Counted from the first letter of the stretch, positions 1-15,688 are shown. The stretch is 64,000 bases of DNA from Octopus vulgaris (GCA_951406725.2 OX597826.1:60264001-60328000), one strand, 5' to 3'. Notes: a model not told the origin generated them from the letters alone. Program-made: numbers and translations.

Positions 1-184
1 GAAATTATATTTTATCATCAGTTATCATAAATGTTTTTTTGATGCTGCTATTTCTCTGGTTTTTTTTTTTTTAAATATTTTTGGCTTGTTTTTTTCTGTA
101 GTTTTTCCTTTCCATTTACATCAAAATAGTTAAAATATTGTTTTCTGGATTTCTTCATTCCTGCACTCGGCATAAACGCATTAT

Positions 185-185
<1 letters not shown>

Positions 186-244
<59 letters not shown>

Positions 245-291
245 GCAGCAGTAGCAGCCGCAGTAACAGTAGTAACAGTAGTAACAGTAGT

Positions 292-322
<31 letters not shown>

Positions 323-324
323 AC

Positions 325-389
<65 letters not shown>

Positions 390-402
390 CAGCAGCAGCA
401 GC
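186..402. repeat. Compound trinucleotide microsatellite (CAG)n/(TAG)n about 30 nt past the GPCR stop codon
   Basis: Direct reading; it produces the spurious poly-L/C/T ORFs at 48-435. Confidence 0.97.
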
Positions 403-431
403 GTGAATGTTGAACTCATAAACATCTTTCT

Positions 432-1628
432 TCATAGTCGGTTATTCTTTGATAAGATATTCTTAAAGTATTTCAGATGGAATTCTCTAGAAATGAAACT
501 GATTTCCTGTTTTTGCGAAGTGCTAGGTTTAACTTTAACTTTTTTCGTGTATTTACAATGTGAGAAACACCGAAATATTGCGACTAATTCTTTACGAAAC
601 TGTTTACTTGTAACTATATACCAGAGAAAATTCATGCTGTGGTGAGTTAGTGAAAGGAGTCGAAGGTATGAAAATGTTTTCGACGTTTTGTAACCGTCGT
701 GGGAGACATCGTATAAAATATTTACCGAGACAGGTGTACATGTTAGGAAAAAAAATATGTTATTATAGACAACCATTCTAGTATTAGCGGATATCCGACG
801 CCTTCGGGAATCTAAAGTACTTGTTTGACATAACAAAGGTCTAGAGAGTATCGTGCGTATAATCAGTACATTACATATCATCATAATAAGTGATGGAATG
901 ATGCTGTGTAGGAATATACGTAGCCAGTTATCAAAATGTTCAACGAAGTAGAGATAATTTATGGAATTCAGAGTGCACTTGCCTAGTTCAAATAAATGTG
1001 ATTCGCTGGGAAAATCCAATGTGATGTTGCTTTTCGATTCGGTTACGTTGGCGTGTTTGCTAGAATAATTCTGGCTTATGTTGACTAGTAACAGTTGCTG
1101 CGACTTTGTCGTGTCCCCCATGCCAATGAGAAAATGGGAATCATACACTGCGAGTATTAAAAATGTTACTGTGATTTTGACTAAGCTAGCACGAGGATGG
1201 ATTTGAACGTGACTACTCAGTGGCTTAGTTACAAACAACATCTTCTCGAGGGATATGAGGACTAAATTCCAAGATGAGCAATCTATGAAATACGAAGAGA
1301 AGAATTGACCTGTTTTACATAAGAATTCATTCAGTTTTGTCACATGGATACCAAACGTGAATGCTAGCCATTTACGGAACAAGGTGCATATAACAGCCCC
1401 CATATCAACGGTAAGTTGAGATAAGAGGTAAATGTTAAGTCTTTGCACTTTCATCGATGATCGAGTGAGAATATACATAGAAATCATGTTACCTGAGAGT
1501 CCGAAAATCAGAAGAAATCCACCAAACCATATCCATAACCCGACAGCAACGACATTATCATGAATATATTGATCTAGTGTATCACTAGAAATTGTTTCTT
1601 TGTTGTTCAAGACAGCAGAGGAATCCAT
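432..1628 (-). CDS. Intronless class A (rhodopsin-like) GPCR, FMRFamide/sex-peptide-receptor-like (Srw-type) orphan receptor, 398 aa
   Basis: Seven hydrophobic segments: TM1 GLSGN, TM2 YLLSQLTVD, Cys in FLCK and GKCTL, TM3 SSWNLVLISLEKM, TM5 IIPSLIMMICN, TM6 FFLTCTP, TM7 HHSMNFLWY, helix 8 SKQFRKEL. First ATG at 1628 is in an AGTATGG context after an in-frame stop; the track start at 1652 is GTG. Confidence 0.93.
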   Translation of the reverse strand: MDSSAVLNNKETISSDTLDQYIHDNVVAVGLWIWFGGFLLIFGLSGNMISMYILTRSSMKVQRLNIYLLSQLTVDMGAVICTLFRKWLAFTFGIHVTKLNEFLCKTGQFFSSYFIDCSSWNLVLISLEKMLFVTKPLSSHVQIHPRASLVKITVTFLILAVYDSHFLIGMGDTTKSQQLLLVNISQNYSSKHANVTESKSNITLDFPSESHLFELGKCTLNSINYLYFVEHFDNWLRIFLHSIIPSLIMMICNVLIIRTILSRPLLCQTSTLDSRRRRISANTRMVVYNNIFFFLTCTPVSVNILYDVSHDGYKTSKTFSYLRLLSLTHHSMNFLWYIVTSKQFRKELVAIFRCFSHCKYTKKVKVKPSTSQKQEISFISREFHLKYFKNILSKNNRL

Positions 1629-2563
1629 ACTAGCTTTATTTTTTATGATCACTTATAGTTTTACAAAAATATATCGAACTAAATAATGGATTGTTACATA
1701 TAATACATGATTATACATAATTCTCAAACAACGGCTACTAATATCGAATCCAGTGTTGTTCGATTCGAGAATATTGATGATGCTGAAAAAGTTTCTGTCT
1801 TTTAAAAACGATTGTCGTTGTTGATGTAGGTACAGCTGCTGCTGCTGCTGCTGTGGTTGGTGTTGTTATTGACGTTTAGTTGCTGATCAATACTGAATGA
1901 AGAATACAAATGAGCAAGAGCATTAAAGCCGTGAATATGCTAGTCTTTTCATTTGTGTTTATTTGATTTCCCTATTGTGTTCTGTGTGAATTTTCTTTCA
2001 ATCTCTTACTTTAGAGCGTTAATGCATGGATTAAGACGGATATACATGCTATATCAGCGATAGGGTGATATCAACAGGAGGGTCTCTTCCTTTAGAATTG
2101 CTACCCTTTTTGTCAGGTTCCCCAGTTCAGTGAGTAACAAAGAGAAATCACATGCCGCAACGGAATTGGTATCAAGAATGCCATATTACATCATGAAGTG
2201 CCGAGAATATACTTCTGTCATTAAGACGTGTTTTTGTTTCATTGAACAAGATGTTTCAACAAATTCGAGTTTCTTCTTCGATTGGATACACACGTCTTTT
2301 ACTACAGATTTGGGACGCACATGAATTATCTTCTCCTTGAGAAAAGAACCTTAAGTGGGATTCATATGACCAGTCTCAAAGTTATGCTTTTCTTGCTGAT
2401 ACGAAGTCACCTCCTAAAACCAAAAAGAAAGAAAAGAAATTGCATCAATATACATATACGCATATATAGCACTATATACATGCATGAGTGCGTTTGTGTG
2501 AGTGTTTATGTTTAAGTAGTGATATAATGAATATTCCATGTGTGTATACTAAACATACATACA

Positions 2564-2624
<61 letters not shown>

Positions 2625-2655
2625 ATGTATCTATATATGTAAGGATATATCTATG

Positions 2656-2690
<35 letters not shown>

Positions 2691-2815
2691 ATGTATATAA
2701 ATTAAAGAAGAACCACTACGTAGCAATTCAACAATAGTATACTTAAATCATAATTTAGTATTACTAAATTGATTTTTTCCCTGTAAATTGGAAACATATT
2801 CCCTAATATCATTAA

Positions 2816-2867
<52 letters not shown>

Positions 2868-3010
2868 AATATAATAATAAGAGTAAATAATTTCTTTAAT
2901 GGTTTTTAATAAAACCAACAATTATTTACAGGTAGATTTAGGGATGTAAATATAACTATTAACGGGAGGAACTTCTGTAAAGTTCAGTATATATATGTTG
3001 TATATAAATA

Positions 3011-3139
3011 AAAGGGGCAGGCAACAGGTTGCTTGGCCGCATACCGAAAAATTAAAAATGGCAGCAAAAATAGAAATAAACAGTCTATGGATGTCATTTC
3101 TAATTTTTCGGTATGCGGCCAAGCAACCTATTGCCTGCC

Positions 3140-3144
<5 letters not shown>
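3011..3144. repeat. Short fold-back element with ~53 bp inverted arms, flanked by TA repeats
   Basis: aaaggggcaggcaacaggttgcttggccgcataccgaaaaatt... pairs with ...aatttttcggtatgcggccaagcaacctattgcctgccacttt with few mismatches. Confidence 0.85.
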
Positions 3145-3174
<30 letters not shown>

Positions 3175-3175
3175 A

Positions 3176-3358
<183 letters not shown>

Positions 3359-3529
3359 ATTTATTCAAAGATATTGGATGCAGCTGTGCATCGTCCACCA
3401 GATGGAGGAGATGTCCTCCTCTTGAGTTTAAAAAATCGCAGTAAAATCCGTTCTAACAGAACAGGCATGTGGAAGTGGGTACCTCTTACTGCGATCACCC
3501 CTTAGAGAGATTTTAGAACTAGCTTTTAG

Positions 3530-3631
<102 letters not shown>

Positions 3632-3652
3632 CTATATATATATATATATATA

Positions 3653-4937
<1,285 letters not shown>

Positions 4938-5506
4938 TATATATATATATAAGTGTGCATATATATAAATATATATTTAGATACATACACACACACACAC
5001 CTACTGTATGTGTCTATGTATATACAGAGAGTGATGATGAATATTTCTTTACATTTATGGCTATTTAGGTTATTGTCGTCCTTGTTATTGTTTATCAGTT
5101 CGTTTATGTTTCTGTTTCTTACTTTTGCTTACGTGTTAAATGAGTTCACCGATTTGAATGTATCTAACGTGTTCGATACTGTTCGATGTGTTTGAAGATT
5201 AATTAGCGACACACAGACTTTTGGCGAGAGACATTTAAATACGTTATGTAGCATGAAGCAAAAGAAACAAAAAAAATTAATAAAATAAAACGTTCAATAA
5301 ATAGCTATTACAGGCGAACAAAATCGATTATGTGAATTCGCGAGTCTTTCAATATGACGCGTGGAATGTATGTGTTTATATGTAATATATGTATGTATGT
5401 ACATGTATATATGTGTGTGTATGTGTGTGTATGAAGGCAGAGAGATACATGTGTGTGCACGTATGTATGGATATATACATATATATATATATATATATAT
5501 TTATAC

Positions 5507-5537
<31 letters not shown>

Positions 5538-5542
5538 CACAC

Positions 5543-5614
<72 letters not shown>

Positions 5615-6153
5615 TGATAGATAGATAGATAGACAGACACGTATATATGTATACACATATTCATAACATATGTATATAGATTGCGGGGAAGAAAGAGGGA
5701 AAGGGAGGGAATAGTTAGGGTGAAAGCTCTGAGTGATATTACACGAGATAAAAAATCGTTTGATAAGGCCAAAACAACGAAAAATGAAGTTCAAAGCGAA
5801 AAACAAAGTGAAAACGGAAGCGTTCTTAGAGATTTACCTTACATTTCGATATTTTGGTTTATGACCCGTCCCTCAGAAGATGGACAAGAATGAAGGATGG
5901 AATGAGTCGTTGCTTACATACGTGGGAGAGAACAGTGATATGCGCATTGGTGTTGTTATAATAGTTAGTCGGGTTCTCTTTTCTCTTGTTTAGTGCTGGC
6001 ATATATCAATAGATGGATTCGTTGATTCTAAGTCTGCGATGAGTGGCCCCCGATAGATGCAGTGAAAACCTAGTTCAGGTACTTTGAACCAAATTAGTTT
6101 TAGCTAATGTACTCATACTTATATATATGTATATATTTACATAAGTACATATA

Positions 6154-6486
<333 letters not shown>

Positions 6487-6970
6487 AAAACACACACACA
6501 CACTCGTATATGTGTGTATTCATGTAAGAATGTGTGTATGTAATGTGAAATGTACTATGTATATTTAGAAAAAAGATATAGCGAGAGACAAAGAAAGAGA
6601 GAGCGAGCGAGCGAAAAAGAATGAGTGAGAGAGACAATGTCAGCGAGGGGCCTCACATTGCAATGATTAAAATAAATCTAAATTTAAAACCTAACTTGAA
6701 GACATTAATTTATTTAACGACTCATTTGGTGGAAAATTAATCTGTCGCATTATAGTGTCGCAAGCGCGTATCCAAACACCTAGGCATTAAAGATGCGACA
6801 GTTGAAACAGTAAAATATAGTATTTACATACCAAGGCTGTCTAATTCTCAGAAACTTTAGTGTCTTTAATCCTTTCATTCTAATATTTTCCTTGTCACAG
6901 ACTCCTCTGCTTACATATATATTTTTTATTATTTCAGAGCTCATTTCTCTATATATGTATACATATATAC

Positions 6971-7067
<97 letters not shown>

Positions 7068-7175
7068 AATAGCTTTCTATGTATGTTTTTATGTATGTAT
7101 GTATGTATGTATGTATGTATGTATGTATGTATGTATGTATGTATCTATCTTTCTATCTATCTATCTCTCTATCTA

Positions 7176-7285
<110 letters not shown>

Positions 7286-7339
7286 AATAGCTTTCTATGT
7301 ATGTTTTTATGTATGCGTGTATGTATGTATGTATGTATG

Positions 7340-7384
<45 letters not shown>

Positions 7385-7402
7385 CTCTCTCTCTCTCTCT
7401 CT

Positions 7403-7440
<38 letters not shown>

Positions 7441-7443
<3 letters not shown>

Positions 7444-7760
7444 CGGGAAGCTTTATGAAAATAAACAAAAGACGAAGGCAGGTGGAAAACAAACGAACAA
7501 TTGTATTAGTATGGCGCTCAGGAAATATAAATAAAACAAGTCTTTAACGTTTCGAGCCTACGCTCTTCAACAGAAAGATACACAGAGAGAGAAAAACACA
7601 GAAAGCAGGAGAGAAAAAAAATGCGTGCAGTAGCTAACGAATCAACATGGCGATCTGATTTCGGCCAGAGGTCAAAGATCAAACATGAGACGCGAGAGCG
7701 AAATAAGGGGAGATAATAGGGTTGATAAAAGGGTTGAGGGACCAGCTAATAGTGCGTAGG
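7441..7760 (-). mobile_element. PLE-like non-coding terminal fragment in (TA)n carrying a minimal hammerhead-like motif
   Basis: Repeated at 6279; abuts (TA)n; contains the fold at 7541-7578. Right boundary approximate. Confidence 0.55.
7541..7578 (-). ncRNA. Minimal type I hammerhead-like ribozyme, variant core CUGUUGA
   Basis: Minus strand reads UCUUU-CUGUUGA-A-GAGC(GUAG)GCUC-GAAA-CG-UU-AAAGA: 5 bp stem I, 4 bp stem II, palindromic minimal stem III (AACGUU). Confidence 0.6.
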
Positions 7761-8135
7761 AGGGGTCTGGATGTGTGTATGTATAGGGTTGGTGTATGTA
7801 TTAGTATGTATAAGGGTGTCTGTGTGTGTGTGTGTGTGTGTGTGTATGAGAGAGTATTAGTGCGTAGGATTGGTCTGGACGTGCGTATGTATGGGGTTGG
7901 TGTATGTATTAGTATGTATTAGTATGTATTAGTACGTATTGGTATGTATAAGTGTGTGTGTGTGTGTATGAGAGAGTATAAGTGCGTATGCGGGGTCTGG
8001 ACGTGTGTATGTATAGGGTTGGTGTATGTATTAGTATGTACTAGTATGTATTAGTACGTATTAGTATGTATTAGTTGGCGTGTGTATTAGTATGGCACAT
8101 CATATGTGATGTGATGTGTAAAGTCATGTGGTGTA

Positions 8136-8450
8136 GTGAGGAGAAGAGGGGGAGGGGAGAAGAGGGGGGAGAGAAGGGGAGGGGAAGAATAGGGGGAGGA
8201 GAGGATGGGGGAGGAGGGGGATGAAGGAGGAAAGAGGAAGAGGGAGAGAGAAGGGGAGAGAGAGAAGGGGAGAGAGAGAAGGGGAGAGAGGGAGTGAGGG
8301 AGCAGAGGGAAGGGGAAGAGGGAGGGAGAAAGAGGGAAGAAGGGAAGGGGAGTAGGGGTGAAAGGATGAAGGACTGAAGAAGTAGGGGTCGGGGGTAAAG
8401 GATAGGTGAGGAGGGCGGAGAGGGGGGTTAGATGAGGAGGGGGGGAGAGT
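8136..8450. repeat. Polypurine G/A-rich low-complexity tract
   Basis: About 310 nt almost purely G/A with many GGG/GGGG runs; it produces the Pro/Ser/Leu ORF at 8124-8459. Confidence 0.9.
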
Positions 8451-8487
8451 TGAGACCAAATGGCGTATAAGAGCGAATATATATATA

Positions 8488-8928
8488 TTCTTTTATTCCT
8501 TTATTATTTTATTTGTTTCAGTCATTTGACTGCGGCCTATCCTGGAGTACCGCCTTTAGTCGAGGAAATCGACCCCAGAACTTATTCTTTGTAAGCCTAG
8601 TACTTATTCTATCGGCCTCTTTTGCCGAACCGCTAAGTTACAAGGACCTAAAGACACCAGCATCTGTTTTCAAGCGATGTTGCGGGGGGCAAACACAGAC
8701 ACACAAACATATACGCACGCACACACACACACATACATTCACACACACATACATGTATATATAAATATATATATATATATTCGACAGGCTTCTTTCAGTT
8801 TCCCTCTACCAAATCCACTCACAAGGCTTCGGTCGGCCCGAAGCTATAGTAGAAGACACTTGCCCATGGTGCCACGCAGTGGGACTGAACCCGGAAGCAT
8901 GTGGTTGGTAAGCAACCAACTTACCACA
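8488..8928 (-). mobile_element. SINE family A copy
   Basis: Reverse complement of the 4517-4937 body; head slightly truncated. Confidence 0.9.
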
Positions 8929-9540
8929 TGCATACATGCATATGCATTTACATAAGTACATATACTTATATGTATAATAAATTCCATTCCCACTTCCATT
9001 CACTTCTCTACCTGTTTCCATCTTTCTTGCTTTGATTTGTTACTGAGATCTGTCTCTCTTGTTTTCTACTACCTTACTTCTATTCCAACGTTTGTTTTTT
9101 ACTTATATTTTGTCTGTATATTCTACATGTCAATTATCATTAAATGAATGCATTCTGTTTTTATACCCAGGAATTCATGATATACTTCTTTTGCTTTCAT
9201 ACAATATATATCCCACCGCTTGCATACGTATTTCTTTTAGATATCTCTTCTTACTTTTCTGACCTACTCATATTTTTCGTTCCATAACTTCCATACATTA
9301 GGTTTCTTACACAAAAACGGTAGCGATTTATATCATGACATTTTTTTCACATAACTATATATCATGATGCTCCCTCTATCTCCCTCTCTCCTACTTTACC
9401 CCTCTATAACTTTGTATGTATGTATGAATGGATGTATGTAAGTTTGTATATATGTATTTATGTATGTATATATGAGTATGTATATTTTCGGCTTCGGGTC
9501 AAAGTTTACAACCATTATTGCTGTTATTATTATTATTATA

Positions 9541-9595
<55 letters not shown>

Positions 9596-10478
9596 GAATA
9601 TTCTTCAGGTTGAGTAGCCCAACCTGCTCAAAAGTTTATCATTATGGAATTAATGAGTAGGGAAATTGCGATTTATAGAAATTACCCCTGCAATTACTAG
9701 ACACGTTCTCCCACTCAAGGTGGTTATAATCAACATCGCCACCAGTGAACAAACCAGATAACCACAATATGCTCAGCCAAGTGAGCATCCCTTAAAAATA
9801 AAACGGGATTGAGATATTTGTACGTTGTTTTCACCAGTTACTTTTACAGAAAGGGACCGCATCCATCTGTATTATGGTTATTGTCAAAATCATCAATTTG
9901 CCTGAACATATTGAACATATTACATTTGCTCTTAGTCTTTAGAATTTTAAACAACCTTAGAGAGTATACGCTTGAATGAACTCAGATAATTCAGTTTTAA
10001 ATGCAGAAATAAACTCAATCAACGAGATACAACAAAGTATATTAAATGTGTTGCAACCTATAGCGTTTCCTTTGAATATGTAGAACACTACCAGAAGGTA
10101 TTACCTCTGCCACTTATTATGATTGTTTATAATTGTGTATCTACTAGTGTATTTGTGCATGTTTGTCACTCAATAGTTTTAAGATGGCGTATGTTTTGTG
10201 TATGCCCAGTAGTTGTATTTTTACGTTCATGCATGATTTACGAAACAGAAAACCGTACGCTCGAAAGACTTAACTATGTTTTTGTTACTAAAAAAAGGTT
10301 TTATTTTCATGTTATTTTCAGTATCATTCCTTAAATATACGAAACCGCAAGGTATGTACTTATAAACACATATTCCCTACATCTCTCTGTTACTCATATA
10401 CACACAAAAACACACACATGTATTATTTGTGTGCATAAATATACCTGTTTCTCTTCCATTCTCTTTCTGTCTATATGT

Positions 10479-10509
<31 letters not shown>

Positions 10510-10584
10510 CATTCTTTCTCTCTTCAGACACGCACATTCTCCCGTATATATATATATATATATATATATATGTAGAAGGTTGAA

Positions 10585-10775
10585 AAGAAACACAGTTGAT
10601 ATATATGGAAAAAGTCATGATAGAAAATGCTAAAATAATTATCTAAAAATTATTTCAGTACCGGTTCCAATCATTGGGACCTTTTGAACTATATTTATGG
10701 AAAACAATTAAATTTTGGAAAAAATTGAAATTTTCCAAGATTTAATTGTTTTCCATACTTACAGTTGAAAAAGGA
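10585..10775. mobile_element. Short fold-back repeat fragment
   Basis: tatggaaaacaattaaattttggaaaa (from 10696) pairs with ttttccaagatttaattgttttccata (to 10757), extended by ccttttgaact/agttgaaaaagg. Confidence 0.55.
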
Positions 10776-12046
10776 ACAAACTGAGGAAAAGAATGTAATT
10801 GTTTATATAATTTTTGTTGCAGTTACACGTAGGATAAGACTTACATATATAAATTAAATATAGACATATTCTATTGACAATCAAATAATATATTTATATT
10901 ACGATTACATTAAATTCTACGAATATAATATATAACGTAACATATTATATAATATAAACAATTATAAAAGCCAAAAAAGGCCAACAAATTGTTTCAACGT
11001 ATTTATATCTTTCCTAATATACATAATCATAGTTCCATTATATATATAGTAACTTCCGTTTCTTTGGTTTAGAAAAAGACGAAATTCCATGTGAAAGGAC
11101 GGCTGGATTTTAGAAATTAATTCAAATGTCTGTGTTATGAGTGTGGGCGTTAACTATTCTACCACACATCAATTACAATTAAATAAATAACAAAAACACT
11201 TCAATGGGCGAAAGAATCAAGTAAGTGCAATCCACAACCTTCGAAATTAATTTCAATCGTCGCAATTAATTTCATTATATCTCAAACACATACCAATTGA
11301 AACCCTTTCATGTCCAAGATAGCCGCTTGTCATCACAACATACAACAATAAAATGTGTGTGTATAAATGTATACAATTAAGTATCTAAGTCTTCTCCAAC
11401 GTGTAACTGCAACAAAAAATATATGAACAAATATATTATTTTCCTCGGTGTGCTGCTTTTATATACATACATACATACATACATACATACATACATACGC
11501 GCACACACAGACACATAGGTATGCATGCACGTATGTAAATATATCTTTAGAGATAGCGGACGATTTTCTTTTTCGGTGGGGCAGAGACGGAAATTCAAAT
11601 AAAATATTTAAGAAACTGGTCTTAATGTGAAGCATTGTAGTCGAACTTCATCGTTCTGAGTTCCAACACCAAAAGATTCAAGGTCATCACAAATTTAGAT
11701 AAACATCATCGGGACAGGAACTAGAACTATTGACTATTAAGTTACTTCCCCTATTGTGACGCAAGATATAGTTATGGAAGTAGTACTTTTTTGCTCCATA
11801 GACTATAAGTATAGTTGGAAATTCCATAGTTGATTTGAATAGTGTAAGGCGATTGGATGTAGTGTATACAAAACTACTGACTATGTAATCTTTCTCAAAA
11901 TACAATTTTGTCTAAAACATTTAACTGTCCGTATATATACTATTTTCCTTGTTACATACTTATACCCGCTTGTAACTTAAGAGATTTTATCTGTCATTAA
12001 TCACTTTGCATCAAAATGTAAGCAAACCTTACAAAATGTAAAGCAT

Positions 12047-12457
12047 TGGAGTGGCTGCGTGGTAGTAGCTTGCTTACCAACTACATGGTTTTGGGTTCAG
12101 TCCCACTGCGTGGCACGTTGGGCAAGTCCCTTCTACTATAGCCTCAGGCCGACCAAAGCCTTGTGAGTGGATTTGGTAGATGGAAACTGATAGAAGCCCG
12201 TCGTATATATATATATATATGTATGTGTGTGTATACGTTTGTGTCTGTGTTTGTCCCCTAAAAACCGCTTGACAACCGATGCTGATGTGTTACGTCCCCG
12301 TAACTTAGAGGTTCGTCAGAAGAGACCGATAGCGTAAGTACTAGGCTTACAAAGAGTAAGTCCTGGGGTCGATTTGCTCGACTAAAGGCGGTGCTCCAGC
12401 ATGGCCACAGTCAAATGACTAAAGCAAGTAAAAGAATAAAAGAATAAAAGAATAAAC
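12047..12457 (+). mobile_element. SINE family A copy
   Basis: A box, B box GGTTCAGTCCC, same body as 4517, AAAAGAAT tail. Confidence 0.9.
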
Positions 12458-13032
12458 CTCTCGCCTTCCATTTTCGTGTCTTCTTTTCTATATGGTTTTC
12501 ATCATATTTATTTTGCGTGGTCAGTATAAATTCTGCCTCTAAATTCTTTCTTTGTATCATCTGTTATTCTGTATTTCATTCTCTATTCCTATCAAATCTT
12601 CTTTCTACCTTTTCATTAAGTCTGCAGTTTCCTCCTCTCTCTCTCTCTTCTCATCCATTTCTCTATCACATCTTTGCTCCTGCACCAATATCAATTCTCG
12701 CGCCATTGCCAGTGTCTCCGCTACCATCAATAACATGACTGCCCACTGTTTACTTCCTGTGTATGAGTTGCTTACATAAAAGTGACGTTGGAATGAACTA
12801 TTGTATTCGTAGAAAAGATGGAAAATACATTTTTCAATAATACTCAAATATATATTGATATACTGCTTTGAAAACGTGTTTCTATATGGTTATCTATCTG
12901 CCTGTTTGTCTGTCTGTCTGCCTGCCTTTCTCTCTGTCTCTCTATCTATCTATCTGATTGCCTGTCAGTCTGTGTGTCTGTATTCCTGTCTAAAGCTCTC
13001 CCTCACCTGTCTGTCTTTTCTCTCTCTTTCTT

Positions 13033-13091
<59 letters not shown>

Positions 13092-13136
13092 ATATATATA
13101 TGTGAGTTTATCTATATCTCTGTATATATCTATATC

Positions 13137-13202
<66 letters not shown>

Positions 13203-14488
13203 CATATATATATGCATGTATTTGCGTGCGTGTTGTTTTCATATTATTGTTTTTAATATTACTCGTTATATTTTGTTTTAAAGTCAGACTTCTCGCTGTT
13301 ATGTAATATTTTGTGTGCATTGTGTATGTATGCACATATGTATAAGATATATGTAAATATGTGGACGTATATATATGTTGTAGATATGTTGGTATGTATG
13401 TTGTATACGTCCGTATGCATATATTCAAGGTAGTGTTGTTTTCGTGTAAGACAATGGACGCTTCAAAATGTTTTTTAGTAGCTTCTTATGTGGTGTGGTA
13501 TCTAAATCTAAACTTATTTTCTTCGGCTTTTACAGTGTCACCTCATACACAAATGCATGTCTGCACGCGTTTAAATTCAGACATATAGATATAGAGGGAC
13601 ATAATTATTGTAATCCAGTTAGAACGTAGATATAAAAGGAAATGTGAGAGAACTATAAGGGGAAAATGGTAAGTAATTTGCCAAGAAAATCAATCGAGAC
13701 TGTGGGCGATGGTCTATATATTTAACAAGTGTTTCTCAAAGAGTCTAGATTTTTCCGACATATTGGACATATTTCAATTGAGTTCTGTCTCGGGTAATTT
13801 TTAAAGAATACTCACCTATTATTGTTTTTGTAAGATCTTCATACTTCCACAATTTTCTATTTCGTACCTTAGACCTAAACGCCGTCTGTTTATCATGGGA
13901 TGTATTCAAGTATTTTTGTGATTATCCTAGCTTTTAGGTAAGAATGGCTATAGTATCCTAGGCGAAATTTCTTTCTGTAAACTAGAGATGGTTTGATATA
14001 GGTTAACGCAGTTTTGTAATAGCTTCTGAATTACAGGACATATTAAGTGTTCGAAAAATTTGTTTCAACATAAGCAAAATATATTTTATAAGCATGAAGA
14101 TATACAGTTTCTATTAGTTGTACAACTTGAGGTCTTTGAACTCGGAATCTATGCTTAAGATAATCAGAGACGTGTTTATTTTTATGAAATTCTTTTAAGC
14201 CATGGAAACATTAAATATAAACTTCGCTGAGAACATTGCTTTAAACGGAGAGATAATTCAGCACCGTCTTATCGTTGGAAGGCGTGTAAGTGCAGTTACA
14301 ACCAATTTTGCTTTTAAATCCGTTGCTTAGTAACTCATTGTTGCATTTGTATATTTGTCTTTCTATTTGTTGACAAACTATATAATTATCATCAAACTCC
14401 AAAAGCGAGTTCTAATGAATTTTTGATGTAAAATACCAGTGCTACACCTGCATTCAAGTGATAGTCTTTTGTTTATGCAATGTATGTT

Positions 14489-14520
<32 letters not shown>

Positions 14521-15009
14521 CGCGTGTATTTGTATGTATATATTTATTACATATGTACATATATACATATATACGTATAAACACACACTCACATATACAT
14601 ATATATGTATATGTATATATACGTACATATATATATAAATATATATATAATCCTGTATGTCTATGCATTCATATGCATATACATGTGCGCATGTGTGTTT
14701 GTGTGTATGTGTATGCGCGGTGTATGTGTGTGTGTGAGTGAATCATTGTGTGTGTGTGTGTGTCTGTGTATGTGTGTGTGAGTGTGTGTGTGTGCGAGTA
14801 CATCTATATGTATGTGTAACTATGCCTTAAATATCTTTGGAGTGTGGGATCAGTTGCATTTGCAGCATATGATGCAGCTATTTACACTCCCCGAATTCAA
14901 GGCATAGGCCGTGACAAGAAGACGCTTGGTAGCTGTTGCAGCTGCTACAGAACTGTACAGAGATCATTGGCCATTCTCGTAGAAGAGTAAGTTGTGAAGA
15001 AAGGACACA

Positions 15010-15135
15010 TTGAAACATTGGTAACTGCTCATATTCCTAAAAAAAACAGCTTGTTCATGTCATTATATGCATGTGCTATCAGCTATGTATATGCTTGCAT
15101 ACATATGTATATACGTACATACACACACATGTATA

Positions 15136-15166
<31 letters not shown>

Positions 15167-15253
15167 GTAAATATCTATATATATATATACATACTTATAT
15201 ATATATATACATATATATATATATGTAAATATCTATATATATATACATACATA

Positions 15254-15293
<40 letters not shown>

Positions 15294-15296
15294 TCC

Positions 15297-15344
<48 letters not shown>

Positions 15345-15389
15345 GTATATATATATGGATATTTACATATATATATATTTATATATACA

Positions 15390-15423
<34 letters not shown>

Positions 15424-15612
15424 AGTATGTATGTATATATATATATAGATATTTATATATATATATATATATATATATAAATATATATATACATGTGTGT
15501 GTATGTACGTATATACGTATGTATGCAAGCATGTACATACATGATAGCACATGCATATAATGACATGAACAAGCTGTTTCTTTAGGAATATGAGGAGTTA
15601 CCAATGCTTCAA
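15010..15612. repeat. ~72 bp inverted arms enclosing a ~460 bp TA/CA microsatellite
   Basis: 15010-15081 is the reverse complement of 15542-15612 with about 3 mismatches. Confidence 0.85.
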
Positions 15613-15618
15613 CGTTTC

Positions 15619-15688
<70 letters not shown>

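Noticed and set aside
1629-1652. N-terminal extension of the GPCR from the track start
   Set aside because: It starts at GTG; the ATG at 1628 has a good Kozak context.
10655-10690. Hammerhead-like remnant on the minus strand
   Set aside because: Both core segments are degenerate (UUCAAAA, GGAA); cannot be called.
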